DNA of 21,558 nucleotides, taken from assembly GCA_024274695.1 (NCBI GenBank), contig JAJSAI010000015.1, forward strand, positions 1 through 21,558, in the 5' to 3' direction. Shown in pieces: positions 7,650-15,898 of the stretch. Each line of letters starts with the position of its first letter. Positions within the stretch are counted from its first letter, which is position 1. Both the position numbers and the translations under genes were made by a program. This DNA comes from an archaeon (GTDB lineage Archaea > B1Sed10-29 > JAJSAI01). Below the pieces are notes generated by a model. That model searched no databases. It was given only the letters and a program-made list of their open reading frames with translations, and had not been told where the DNA came from.

Positions 7650-7670
7650 AAAAACAAATATATACTTGTT
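7650..7670 (+). promoter_or_regulatory. BRE/TATA for the ACT-SAMP-ttuA unit, enclosed by an AACAA-N8-TTGTT palindrome
   Basis: AAAAACAA-ATATATAC-TTGTT. The TATA element forms the 8-nt spacer (arms 7653-7657 and 7666-7670). Confidence 0.5.
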
Positions 7671-7700
7671 CTCCGGAATCTTGTCACGCGAGGTGGTCAG

Positions 7701-8081
7701 ATGAAGGAATTCATCATAAACCTTAAAAACAAACCAGGAGAACTCGCGAGAGTGTGCGATGTTCTCGGAAAACAGGGAGTCAACATAATATCCTTGTACG
7801 GAGAAGGAGAGCAGGAGTCAGGACGAGTTATCGTGATAACAGCGGACGAGAAGACTACAGAAAAAGCACTGGCCCAGAACGGTTTTGAGTTCACCGCGAA
7901 CGAGATAATGCCCCTCAGGATAGCAGACAGGCCAGGAGAGCTTGCAAAACACATCTACAAGCTCGCGTACCACCAGGTGAACATTAACAGGATCTACCTT
8001 GTGGACAAGAAGAACGGGTGGGCAGAGCTCGGTATGATCGTGGAAGACCCGAAAAAAGCGGAAGAAGCTCTCAAGGGTTGA
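7701..8081 (+). CDS. Tandem ACT-domain protein
   Basis: Two ACT repeats, NKPGELARVCDVLGKQGVNI and DRPGELAKHIYKLAYHQVNI. Start moved from 7611 to ATG 7701, which follows a GAGGTG RBS. Confidence 0.9.
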   Translation: MKEFIINLKNKPGELARVCDVLGKQGVNIISLYGEGEQESGRVIVITADEKTTEKALAQNGFEFTANEIMPLRIADRPGELAKHIYKLAYHQVNINRIYLVDKKNGWAELGMIVEDPKKAEEALKG

Positions 8082-8085
8082 TCCC

Positions 8086-8283
8086 ATGAGAGTAACCCTT
8101 TCCCTGAGAGGAGAAAAAAAGGAAGTGGAATTCTCTGGCAGGACCCTTGGGGACCTGCTCTCCTCCCAGGGAATAAACCCTGAAGAGTACGTTTTCTCCA
8201 GGAACGGAGAACTCATTCTTGCTGACGAGCCCCTGCACGACGGGGACGAGATAAAGCTTGTCCCGGTCGTGAGCGGAGGATGA
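8086..8283 (+). CDS. Ubiquitin-like sulfur carrier (SAMP2/ThiS/MoaD family)
   Basis: 65 aa with RNGE...L.DGDEI.L.PVVSGG C-terminal diglycine. ATGA overlap with the thiolase. Confidence 0.92.
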   Translation: MRVTLSLRGEKKEVEFSGRTLGDLLSSQGINPEEYVFSRNGELILADEPLHDGDEIKLVPVVSGG

Positions 8284-9176
8284 AGTGCAGCAAGTGCGGG
8301 GCAAAGGCTGTCGCCTGGCTTCCCGCAAGCAACGCCGCGTACTGCAAGAAGCATTTTAACTACTACTACGAGAGGAAGGTCAAGAGACTCCTCCCGAAAA
8401 TGCTTGACCAGAAAAAGGATGTTGTAGGTGTCGGAGTGTCAGGAGGAAAGGACTCCCTCGTCATGCTCTGGCTCCTGCACAAAAACCGTTTCAACGTCGT
8501 CCCAATACTCGTTGACGAGGGGATAAAAGGGTACAGGGACAAGACAATCCCGTACGCTGAAAAACTCTGCCGTGAACTGGGACTGGAACTGCACAAGGTC
8601 TCCTTCAGGGAAGAGTATGGGAAAACGCTTGACGAGATGGTAAAAGAAGGGGGGAGGAACGCGTGCTCTTACTGCGGGGTGTTCAGGAGGGACCTGCTGA
8701 ACAAGACCGCCAGAAGGCTGGGCTGCACGAAGCTCGCGATAGGCCACAACCTGGATGACGAGGTGCAGTCCGTGCTCATGAACTTTTTCAGAGGAGAACT
8801 GGAAAGAATCGCTAGAGGCGGGCCGGTGACAGGGATAATAGAAGACCCGAAGTTCGTCCCGAGGGTGAAGCCGCTGAGAATGTGTTCTGAGAAGGAGAAC
8901 GTGATATACGCCCTCATTAACGGGATAGAGTATTCTGACATTGAATGCCCTTACGCTACAACAGCGTACAGGGGAGTCGTCAGGGACGCGGTGAACATGA
9001 TAGAGTCAAGGTATCCTGGCACGAAAATAAGCATACTCCGGACCAGCGACAGGCTTGTTGAAATACTCAGGAGGGAGCTGAAACCGGAGGGCGGGCTCAG
9101 GTACTGCAGTGAGTGCGGGGAGCCCAGCGCTGAAAAAGTCTGCAAGGCCTGCCAGTTCAGGAACGAGATATTCTGA
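8280..9176 (+). CDS. ttuA: tRNA 2-thiouridine synthase, TtuA/NcsA/Ctu1 family (PP-loop)
   Basis: N-terminal CSKC...CKKH zinc finger, SGGKDS PP-loop, CSYC, GHNLDD, ECPY, and C-terminal CSEC...CKAC finger. Confidence 0.9.
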   Translation: MKCSKCGAKAVAWLPASNAAYCKKHFNYYYERKVKRLLPKMLDQKKDVVGVGVSGGKDSLVMLWLLHKNRFNVVPILVDEGIKGYRDKTIPYAEKLCRELGLELHKVSFREEYGKTLDEMVKEGGRNACSYCGVFRRDLLNKTARRLGCTKLAIGHNLDDEVQSVLMNFFRGELERIARGGPVTGIIEDPKFVPRVKPLRMCSEKENVIYALINGIEYSDIECPYATTAYRGVVRDAVNMIESRYPGTKISILRTSDRLVEILRRELKPEGGLRYCSECGEPSAEKVCKACQFRNEIF

Positions 9177-9190
9177 CCGTTTAGAAGAGA

Positions 9191-9487
9191 TTACCCGTGC
9201 ACTTTTTTGTACTTGTCCACAAACTCTTTTCCCCTGAAACTTAGGAAGTAGATCCATCTTGGGCCTGCCTGCATTTTTTCCAGTATCCCGTGCTTGAGCA
9301 GGTCCTCCATCTTTTTCTTTACCCTGTCGTACGGGAGGCTCATCTCTTCAGATATCTGGTGAGCGCTCTTACCTCCTTCCGAGCCCAGTTTCAGGAGAAT
9401 GTCCACGACCACCGCGTCCTTGGACATGTGAAACAGGTACGGGTCCTGCTGCAGGTACGCCATCCACTCTTCAAAAACGTCTGTCAT
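9191..9487 (-). CDS. Small winged-helix protein
   Basis: KSAHQISEEMSLPYDRVKKKMEDLLKHGILEK...IYFLSFRGKE wHTH pattern. Start is ATG 9487 or GTG 9496, the latter overlapping the gatE stop. Confidence 0.75.
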   Translation of the reverse strand: MTDVFEEWMAYLQQDPYLFHMSKDAVVVDILLKLGSEGGKSAHQISEEMSLPYDRVKKKMEDLLKHGILEKMQAGPRWIYFLSFRGKEFVDKYKKVHG

Positions 9488-9492
9488 GGGGG

Positions 9493-11358
9493 TCACTCGC
9501 CTATCTCTTTTCTTAGTATCATGCTGAGCCTGCTCCCGTCAATCCTTCCGCGGTACTCTTTCATGAGTTCGCCCATGAGCACCCTGAATGCGCGTCTCTT
9601 GTCCTGGAGCAGGTCAGGGTACTTCCCGAGGAGGAGTGCGATGCTCTTCTTAACTTCTTCCTCCGAAACTCTCATGAGCCCTGTCTCTTCAAGGATCTTT
9701 TCAAGGCTTTTCCCCGGGGCCTCAGACCATGCTTTTATCAGGTCCGGGATCGCTTCTTTCGAGAAGAGCCCCGCGTTGAATTCTTTGAACAGTTGGGATA
9801 GGTGATCTTCTGAGAGTCTGTCTGTTGGAACCCCCTGTCTCTTCAGGGACTTGAGGGTCTGTTCAAGGGTCACCGCGATTACTGTTGGGCTGGCACCTGT
9901 CTCAACGAGCTTGTAGAACAGGGGCCTGTTCTTTGATATGACCATCTTGTCCGCGAGCTCCTCGGACAGCCCGTACTTTATCATCAGGTCGTCCTTTATC
10001 TTCTGGGGGTCCGCGGGCAGTCTTTTCCTGAGCGAATCAACCCAGGATGATCTTATCATGACTGGTGGAACGTCTGTTTCAGGGTACATCCTGTGCTCTC
10101 CTGCCATGGGCCGCATGTACTCTGTTGCTCCGCTCGGGAGAGGTCTTCTGGTTTCCGCGGGAACGCCGTCAAACGCCATGTTAATCCGGTTGACCGCTTC
10201 TTTCAAGGCGTTTTCTGCCTTTTCTTTTTCTCCGAGGACGAGCACGAACGCGTCGTCCGGCTTCATTTCAAGCGCCTTGCGGACGGCTTCCGCTTCTTTT
10301 GTTATCGGGTACTTGCTCAGGTCTTCGTCAGAATGGATTATTCCTCCTACGCCTGCTTTCTTGGCGTAGTCTGAGACTTCTGACCCGAACCTCCTTCCCG
10401 GGCCGAGTTCTGTACCGAGAACCCCTTTCCATCCAGGGAGGACTATTGCGAGGATTCTCTGTCCTTTCTGTAGTCCCCTTTTTATGAACTTGCATTCCGT
10501 GTCCCTGAAGTACGCGGTCACGTCAACAGGCCTTGGGCTCACCTTCTGCAGCCGGCCTGTTATCTCCTGTTTTAGTTTTATTAGCCTGGCCTGCCGCTCG
10601 GCCTCAAGTTCCACGACTCTCGCGAGCATTCTTATGTCCTGCAGGCCCTTGACCTCTACTCTCGCGCCCCCCGATATTGAGATGTTAACGTCCTGCCTTA
10701 TGGTGCCAAGGCCTCTTTGAACTCTTCCTGTCACCCTCAGCAGTTTCCCGATTTCCAGCGCGACTTCCTGCACGCTCTTGGGGTCCATTTCCATGATGCC
10801 CGTGGCTATTTCTATCAGGGGGATTCCGAGCCTGTCAAGCTTGTAAACGGCGCCGGACGCTGTCCTTTCCACTATCCCTGAGGCTTCTTCCTCAAGGAAG
10901 GTTCCCTTTATTTCAACATCTTCTCCGTTCACTCTTATCTTCCCTGAGTGGCCTATCATGGCAGTCCTCTGGAATCCGCTGGTGTTGGAGCCGTCTATTA
11001 CAGTTTTCCGCATGAAGTGGACTTCGTCTACTATGCTGCACCCTAGCATTAGCGAGAGGATCACCGCGGTCTCGAGCGCTTCTTGGTTGACCTGGTGGGG
11101 CGGTTCCTCGTCAAGTTCCACCAGGCAGGACGCCCTGTCATAATGGTAGTACTTGTACTCTTTTCCTGCCAGGGCTTCTTTGGCCGCGGCGGGGTCCATG
11201 TACCCCAGTTCTCCTGACACTGGCCTTAGACTGCGTTGGACCACGAGGTCAGGGTCTCCTTCCTGGAGTTCGGACGGGCAGCTGCAGAAGAGCTTGTGAG
11301 TGTCCAGCCTCTGGTGGAACTCAAGCCCCACTTTTAGCCCTAAGCGCTTGTAGTCCAT
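9493..11358 (-). CDS. gatE: Glu-tRNA(Gln) amidotransferase subunit E
   Basis: GLKVGLEFHQRLDT.KLFC.CP, MRKTVIDGSNTSGFQRT, LDRLGIPLIEIAT, RGLGTIRQDVNISI, H.DE in the AspRS-like insert, RMYPETDVPP. Confidence 0.97.
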   Translation of the reverse strand: MDYKRLGLKVGLEFHQRLDTHKLFCSCPSELQEGDPDLVVQRSLRPVSGELGYMDPAAAKEALAGKEYKYYHYDRASCLVELDEEPPHQVNQEALETAVILSLMLGCSIVDEVHFMRKTVIDGSNTSGFQRTAMIGHSGKIRVNGEDVEIKGTFLEEEASGIVERTASGAVYKLDRLGIPLIEIATGIMEMDPKSVQEVALEIGKLLRVTGRVQRGLGTIRQDVNISISGGARVEVKGLQDIRMLARVVELEAERQARLIKLKQEITGRLQKVSPRPVDVTAYFRDTECKFIKRGLQKGQRILAIVLPGWKGVLGTELGPGRRFGSEVSDYAKKAGVGGIIHSDEDLSKYPITKEAEAVRKALEMKPDDAFVLVLGEKEKAENALKEAVNRINMAFDGVPAETRRPLPSGATEYMRPMAGEHRMYPETDVPPVMIRSSWVDSLRKRLPADPQKIKDDLMIKYGLSEELADKMVISKNRPLFYKLVETGASPTVIAVTLEQTLKSLKRQGVPTDRLSEDHLSQLFKEFNAGLFSKEAIPDLIKAWSEAPGKSLEKILEETGLMRVSEEEVKKSIALLLGKYPDLLQDKRRAFRVLMGELMKEYRGRIDGSRLSMILRKEIGE

Positions 11359-11888
11359 GATCCTCCCCTTAGTCTTTCCAGCAGGTTTTCAACATTCTGG
11401 TACAGTTCTTCCAGTGTGCCGTTGTTTTGTATCACGTAGTCGGCCATGTCAAGGACCTTGGCAAGGCCTTTGGTGGCCATGTCGTAGTCGTCCCTGGAGA
11501 AAAACTTTTCTTTCTCCTGAGGGTCCGCTGGGCTCCTTCTCTTGAAACGCAGCGCGTTCTCTGCGTCCACTCTAACCAGCACGAAGTCCATCACCTCGTT
11601 CCGGACGTAGTCAACTTCTTCCGGGGACCTGAACCCGACAATAACGTAGTCCTCTTCAGGGTTTATCCTGGATACGACCATTTTAGCGAGCACAGCGTTA
11701 CCCTTCTCTTCTCTGAGCAGGCTGCCCAGGTATGACAGGGTCATCTTGTCCGTGGGCATGCCTCTCTTTACCGCTTCCTCTTTCAGTAGGTCGCTGAACA
11801 CTATCTTCTTGAAACCGTGCTTTCTGACGAGGTAGTCTGCAACCGTGTCCTTCCCTGATCTTGCCAGTCCAGTAAGGCCTATTATCAT
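11340..11888 (-). CDS. P-loop nucleotide kinase-fold protein (dephospho-CoA kinase-like / UPF0200-like; substrate unknown)
   Basis: MIIGLTGLARSGKDT Walker A, G.RSPEEV, LRFKR, ADYVIQNNGTLEEL. Overlaps both gatD and gatE. Confidence 0.85.
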   Translation of the reverse strand: MIIGLTGLARSGKDTVADYLVRKHGFKKIVFSDLLKEEAVKRGMPTDKMTLSYLGSLLREEKGNAVLAKMVVSRINPEEDYVIVGFRSPEEVDYVRNEVMDFVLVRVDAENALRFKRRSPADPQEKEKFFSRDDYDMATKGLAKVLDMADYVIQNNGTLEELYQNVENLLERLRGGSWTTSA

Positions 11889-13198
11889 ACAAATCCTCCG
11901 GGAAGACTTCTCTTGCTTATCTCTCCGGCGACCGGTTCGAGCATCTTCTTTTTGACTTCTTCTTCCGTGTACTCTTCGTGCCCGAGCAGCCAGCCTAGTT
12001 TCACGTATGCTGTTTCAGGGAGCATGTCTTCCAGGAAGAGCACGCCTTGCTCGTACTCTCTTCTTCCTCTTGAGTACACGAACGGGTTCAGCCTGCCGTA
12101 CAAGGTCTGTGGAGCGATGCACACTATGGCCCCTGATTCTATCGCCCGGGTTATGGGGTCAAGCCAGGGCCTGGGAACGTGCCCTAGTCCTGTGCCTGCT
12201 ATCACTATCCCGCGGTACCCTTTGTCCACCATTGCGTGCAGGGGTTCAGGAGAGCCTGGGAAGGCGTGCAGCAGGCCGGTCTTCTCCTCAAACACTGCAT
12301 CGGCCCTTGCCTCTCCCTTCGTTCTTTTCCTGTAGTCTTTTTTGAGCACTTCTATCCTTCCTGACGGCCACACTCTCGCGAGGGGTGTGTCGTTAATGGC
12401 CTGGAACGCGTCCCTGCGGCTCGTGTGCATTTTCCTGGCTCTTGTTCCCAGTATGAAGTTGCAGTAGTCGTCGTTCATGCTCGCGTGCATGCAGATTCCG
12501 ACGTGAGCGATGTCAGAATGGCCTGCTATTCTGGCGGAGCAAAGGAGGTTCATGGCAGCGTCAGTGCTTGGTCTGTCAGAACTCCTCTGCGCTCCTGTGA
12601 GCACGACCGGTTTGGGAAGGTCTTGTATCATGAAGGACAGCGCCGCGGTGGTGTAGTGCAGGGTGTCAGTACCGTGGGTTATTATAACTCCCTCGGACTC
12701 GTTAAGCGCTTTCACGGTGTCGTTCGCTAGAGCCTGCCAGTTCCACGGCATCATGTCCTCTGACATCTCGTTGAAGGGGTTTCTTACTTCCCTGAGGAAC
12801 ACGATGTCAGCCAGTTCTGGCACTAGGGAGAGGAGCTCTTCAGGGCTCATCAGCGAGACCACCCCCCCTGTCTCGTAGTCAACCCTGCTGGTTATGGTTC
12901 CTCCTGTGGTGATCAGGGAGACTCCGGGCAGGCGGGGGTTGAAGGACAATCTTATCTTGCGCTTTTCCTGAGGGGCTTTTCCAGAAACTTTTTTCACCCG
13001 TGACCCTGGAACAAGCCTGACGCCGATGTTGTACCCGTTGTCAAGTTTTATTATGAGGACTTCAGGATCGGAGAACTCGTGGTTGGGCATCAGGATGCCT
13101 TCGTACGCGGAGTCAGGTCTTTCCACGAGCACCCTGTCCCCTACACTGATCCCCTGCTCGGCCAGTACTCTTTTCACGTTTTCAGAGTATTCTGCCAT
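11885..13198 (-). CDS. gatD: Glu-tRNA(Gln) amidotransferase subunit D
   Basis: GatD N-domain (KLDNGYNIG), asparaginase motifs TGGTI and HGTDT, GAQRSSDRPSTD, RKMHTSRRDAF, DMLPETAYVKL. Confidence 0.97.
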   Translation of the reverse strand: MAEYSENVKRVLAEQGISVGDRVLVERPDSAYEGILMPNHEFSDPEVLIIKLDNGYNIGVRLVPGSRVKKVSGKAPQEKRKIRLSFNPRLPGVSLITTGGTITSRVDYETGGVVSLMSPEELLSLVPELADIVFLREVRNPFNEMSEDMMPWNWQALANDTVKALNESEGVIITHGTDTLHYTTAALSFMIQDLPKPVVLTGAQRSSDRPSTDAAMNLLCSARIAGHSDIAHVGICMHASMNDDYCNFILGTRARKMHTSRRDAFQAINDTPLARVWPSGRIEVLKKDYRKRTKGEARADAVFEEKTGLLHAFPGSPEPLHAMVDKGYRGIVIAGTGLGHVPRPWLDPITRAIESGAIVCIAPQTLYGRLNPFVYSRGRREYEQGVLFLEDMLPETAYVKLGWLLGHEEYTEEEVKKKMLEPVAGEISKRSLPGGFV

Positions 13199-13215
13199 GG
13201 CACTCGCCTAACAGT

Positions 13216-13731
13216 TCATTTCCTCCGCTTCTTAAGGATTTCAAGGGCTTTCCTGCTTATAAACCCGTGCGCGGGGATTCTCGGCCCTTTTGACACCCGC
13301 GCGTGCCACTCAAGGCCTTTTATCTCCCCGTACATGCTCTTAAACATTTTCTCGCTCGCCTTGCTCGCGGGAATGACGACCACTCTTTTCGCGTTCTCTT
13401 CCCTTGCTATGTTGTATACTCGGTTGACCATCATCCTGGCGACTCCCTTTCTTCTCTCGGGTTTTTCAAGGTAAATGAAGTCAACCAGGAGGGCGTCTCC
13501 TCCTTTCCGTTTCCTGAATTGCATGAATCCTTTAATCCGGCCTTTGTCATCGTACCAAAGGAGGAATCTTTTTTCTTCGTCCTTTGCAAGCCTTTTCTCA
13601 AGGCCCCTCTTTTCTTTTTCGGTGTACGGGGTCTGGAACACTTCTTCAAACAGGCTCTCGTACATGTCAAGGAGTTTTTTCTTCTCTTCTTCTGACAGGT
13701 CAGAATACTTTTTTTCTATCAGGGCTCCCAT
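13216..13731 (-). CDS. GNAT-family acetyltransferase (paralog A)
   Basis: Acetyl-CoA motif A IYLEKPERRKGVARMM. Basic C-terminal tail. Confidence 0.8.
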   Translation of the reverse strand: MGALIEKKYSDLSEEEKKKLLDMYESLFEEVFQTPYTEKEKRGLEKRLAKDEEKRFLLWYDDKGRIKGFMQFRKRKGGDALLVDFIYLEKPERRKGVARMMVNRVYNIAREENAKRVVVIPASKASEKMFKSMYGEIKGLEWHARVSKGPRIPAHGFISRKALEILKKRRK

Positions 13732-13754
13732 CCGATTTCCTTAAGGGCCCAGTG

Positions 13755-13766
13755 TTATAAAACTTT
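13755..13766 (-). promoter_or_regulatory. BRE/TATA for GNAT paralog A, embedded in the elp3 stop codon
   Basis: Minus strand AAAGT-TTTATAA (K-V-L-stop), ending 23 nt before ATG 13731. Confidence 0.5.
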
Positions 13767-15328
13767 AACGAGGTAGTCTCCTTTGTCCCGATAGCCGAGT
13801 TTTCTGTAGTACGGTTTCACACCAACTCCGGAGATGACCGCGATGCGCGAGTACCCTTTTTCTCTCGCGATTTCCTCCGCCCTTTCAAGAAGGGCCTGGC
13901 CGTAGCCCTTGTGCTGTCCAGTGCCATGTTTTCTTTCACCCAGTCTTGCCTGCTGTCCGTAAACGTGCAGTTCTCTTACTCCAGCACAGCCTTCAAGTTC
14001 CTCTGGCCAAAGTTCGGCGAGCCTGAGCCTCACGAAACCCACGAGCGCGTCATGCGTTTTTTCTTCGGCGGAAATGAAGTATTCTGTTCCTCCTGACGCG
14101 GTGTAACTTGTTTCTTCTATTTCCACACTATTCCAGTCTGGCTCGAAGCCCTCGTCCCTTGACTTTAGGCCTACTTCCCTGCAACGGATGCACTGGCATT
14201 TTACGCCCATTTCCCTCCTTTTCTTGTCCACGAGCTGCCTGAGGTTTGAGTGCCTGGGACCCTCCAGGATCAGCGGGCTCGGGATGTCCCTCTGGACCCG
14301 CATGACCCTAACCCATTTAGGGAAGAACCGGGTGGCCTTCGCGATTATTTCAGCAGTCTCTTCTTCCGAGTATGGAATCCACTCCCCGCAGGAATACTCC
14401 TCGTAAAGTGTTGTCTTTCCGTACTCTGGTTTTATCAGCAGGGTCGGGTATATTTTTATCATGTCAGGCTTGAACCTGTCGTCCGAGAAAATTTTCTTGA
14501 ACATCTGCAGGTCCTTTCAGGGCTTGATCCGGGAAGGTTCGTCATCAGGTGATAGTTGATCTTGAACAGCGCGTTCTTCAGGTCCTCGGTTGCCCGGACG
14601 ACGTCTGCGACGGTGTGGCCTCTCCGCACTCTCCCGTAAACCGCGTCGTCAGGGTTCTGCACGCCTAGTTCCACTCTTGTCCCGCCAAGGCGCCTCATGA
14701 GCCTTATCTGCTCGCGCGAGCACTGGTCCGGCCGGGTCTCGAAAGTGAGCCCAACACACCTGTGCCCTGCTCTCTCGTTAAGCTCGTGCGCTTCCCGGAT
14801 AGACCTGGAGCGCGCGCCGTTCAGGCCGTTGAAGCACCCGAGCACGAACTCTTCAACCTCGCGCGCTGGGCGCGCGGGAAAGGTCCCGCCCATGATAATA
14901 AGTTCTACCTTGTCCGTGGGATGGCCTGCTGACTCAAGCGCGTGGAGCCTTTCCCTGACCTGTTTTTCAGGATCGTAGCCGAACTGCCTTCCTCTCATGG
15001 CAGCAGGCTCTCTGCCAGTGTAGGACTGGGGAGTGTCAATCTCGGTGCCGCCGGGACAGTACGTGCACTTTCCGTGAGGGCAGGGGTGGGGAGGAGTCAT
15101 CACCGCGACCACTGCAACGCCTGAGAGGCTTCTCGTGTGCTTTATCCTGAGCCACTCGTACTCTGAGCGCTTTTCTTCAGGGATGAGCATGAGAACGTCG
15201 GCGTCAGAGGGCATTTTGCTCGCGCGCAGTTTCCGGGCTAGCCTTGCCTTTTCCCTGGCCATCTGCTTCTTGTCACTGATTTCTCCTGACAAGACTTTTT
15301 CCGCGAGAACGTGCGCGAGATCGTGCAT
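13755..15328 (-). CDS. elp3: Elp3 tRNA uridine-34 carboxymethyl/acetyltransferase (radical SAM + KAT), split by a 1-nt frameshift at ~14513-14517 (pseudogene or sequencing error)
   Basis: 5' part (14459..15328) has CPHGKCTYCPGG, PQSYTG.EPA, GGTF, ETRPD, RVELGVQ. 3' part (13755..14504) has PDMIKIYPT, RVQRDIP, CQCIRCRE, VRELHVYG, QHKGYG, ISGVGV..YY.KLGY. Adding one base gives a continuous 524-aa protein reading LPGSSPE(R/K)DLQMFKKIF. Confidence 0.9.
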
Positions 15329-15352
15329 CCTGGAATGGTTCTGAAAAAAGCG

Positions 15353-15368
15353 TATAAAAGCCTATTTC
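15353..15368 (-). promoter_or_regulatory. TATA box for elp3 (probably leaderless)
   Basis: Minus strand GAAATAGGC-TTTTATA, ending 24 nt before ATG 15328. Confidence 0.45.
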
Positions 15369-15898
15369 CCGCGCTTTCTCCCACGGGCCTTTTTGAGGAT
15401 ATCAAGCCCTTCTTTTGAGAGGAATCCGTGCGCGGGCACCCTGGGCTTTTTTTCCACCCTCGCTTCCCATGACTTCACGTAGCCCTCGGCGTGCGTTTTC
15501 CCGTAAGACGCTTCAAAGGCCTTCAGGCCTTCTTTGGAGACCACTACCGCGTTAAGTTTTTTAACTCCCTTCTCGGCCGCCCGGTTGTAAGCCCTGTTTA
15601 GCAGGAGTCTCGCGATTCCCTTGCCCCTCTGGCCTTTTTCCACGTACACTTCTTCAACCTCTGCCTCCTTTCTTCCCGGAGAGTATGATAGGGTGAGGAG
15701 CCCTGAGAGCCTTCCTTTCTCATCGTACCATAACACATATTCCTTGTGTCCTCCGGAAAGCTCTCTTTCGGAGGCGTACTCGCGCGCCAGTGAAGGATCT
15801 CTCCCGAGCTCAAGGTACATTTTCTCCAGAAGCAGCCTCAGCCTTTTTCGATCCTCTGACGAGAGCTCCGCGTACTTTTTTACTTCCACCACACCCAA
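15362..15898 (-). CDS. GNAT-family acetyltransferase (paralog B)
   Basis: Motif [18 protein letters not shown]. Aligns end to end with 13216..13731. TTG or a nearby GTG start follows GGAGGAG and overlaps the upstream gene. Confidence 0.8.
   Translation of the reverse strand: MGVVEVKKYAELSSEDRKRLRLLLEKMYLELGRDPSLAREYASERELSGGHKEYVLWYDEKGRLSGLLTLSYSPGRKEAEVEEVYVEKGQRGKGIARLLLNRAYNRAAEKGVKKLNAVVVSKEGLKAFEASYGKTHAEGYVKSWEARVEKKPRVPAHGFLSKEGLDILKKARGRKRGK

Noticed and set aside
7611-7700. 30-aa N-terminal extension of the ACT protein in the ORF track
   Set aside because: It overlaps the TrmB end and the promoter. ATG 7701 has a good RBS and begins the ACT fold.
11340-11888. Gene symbol coaE/cmk/adk for the kinase
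   Set aside because: The fold is clear but the substrate cannot be read from sequence.
14488-14495. AAAATTTT as a -1 slippery site in elp3
   Set aside because: The A-AAT-TTT heptamer is out of phase with the upstream frame (AGA AAA TTT), and the family-like D-L-Q-M-F residues already lie in the downstream frame before it.
14517-14522. CCC-TGA as a +1 shifty stop or selenocysteine codon in elp3
   Set aside because: It lies in the downstream frame, which is not read at that point, and a -1 rather than +1 shift is needed.
13216-15898. GNAT pair as terminal repeats of a mobile element carrying elp3
   Set aside because: Similarity is mainly at protein level with many substitutions; no integrase, transposase or target-site duplication is visible.
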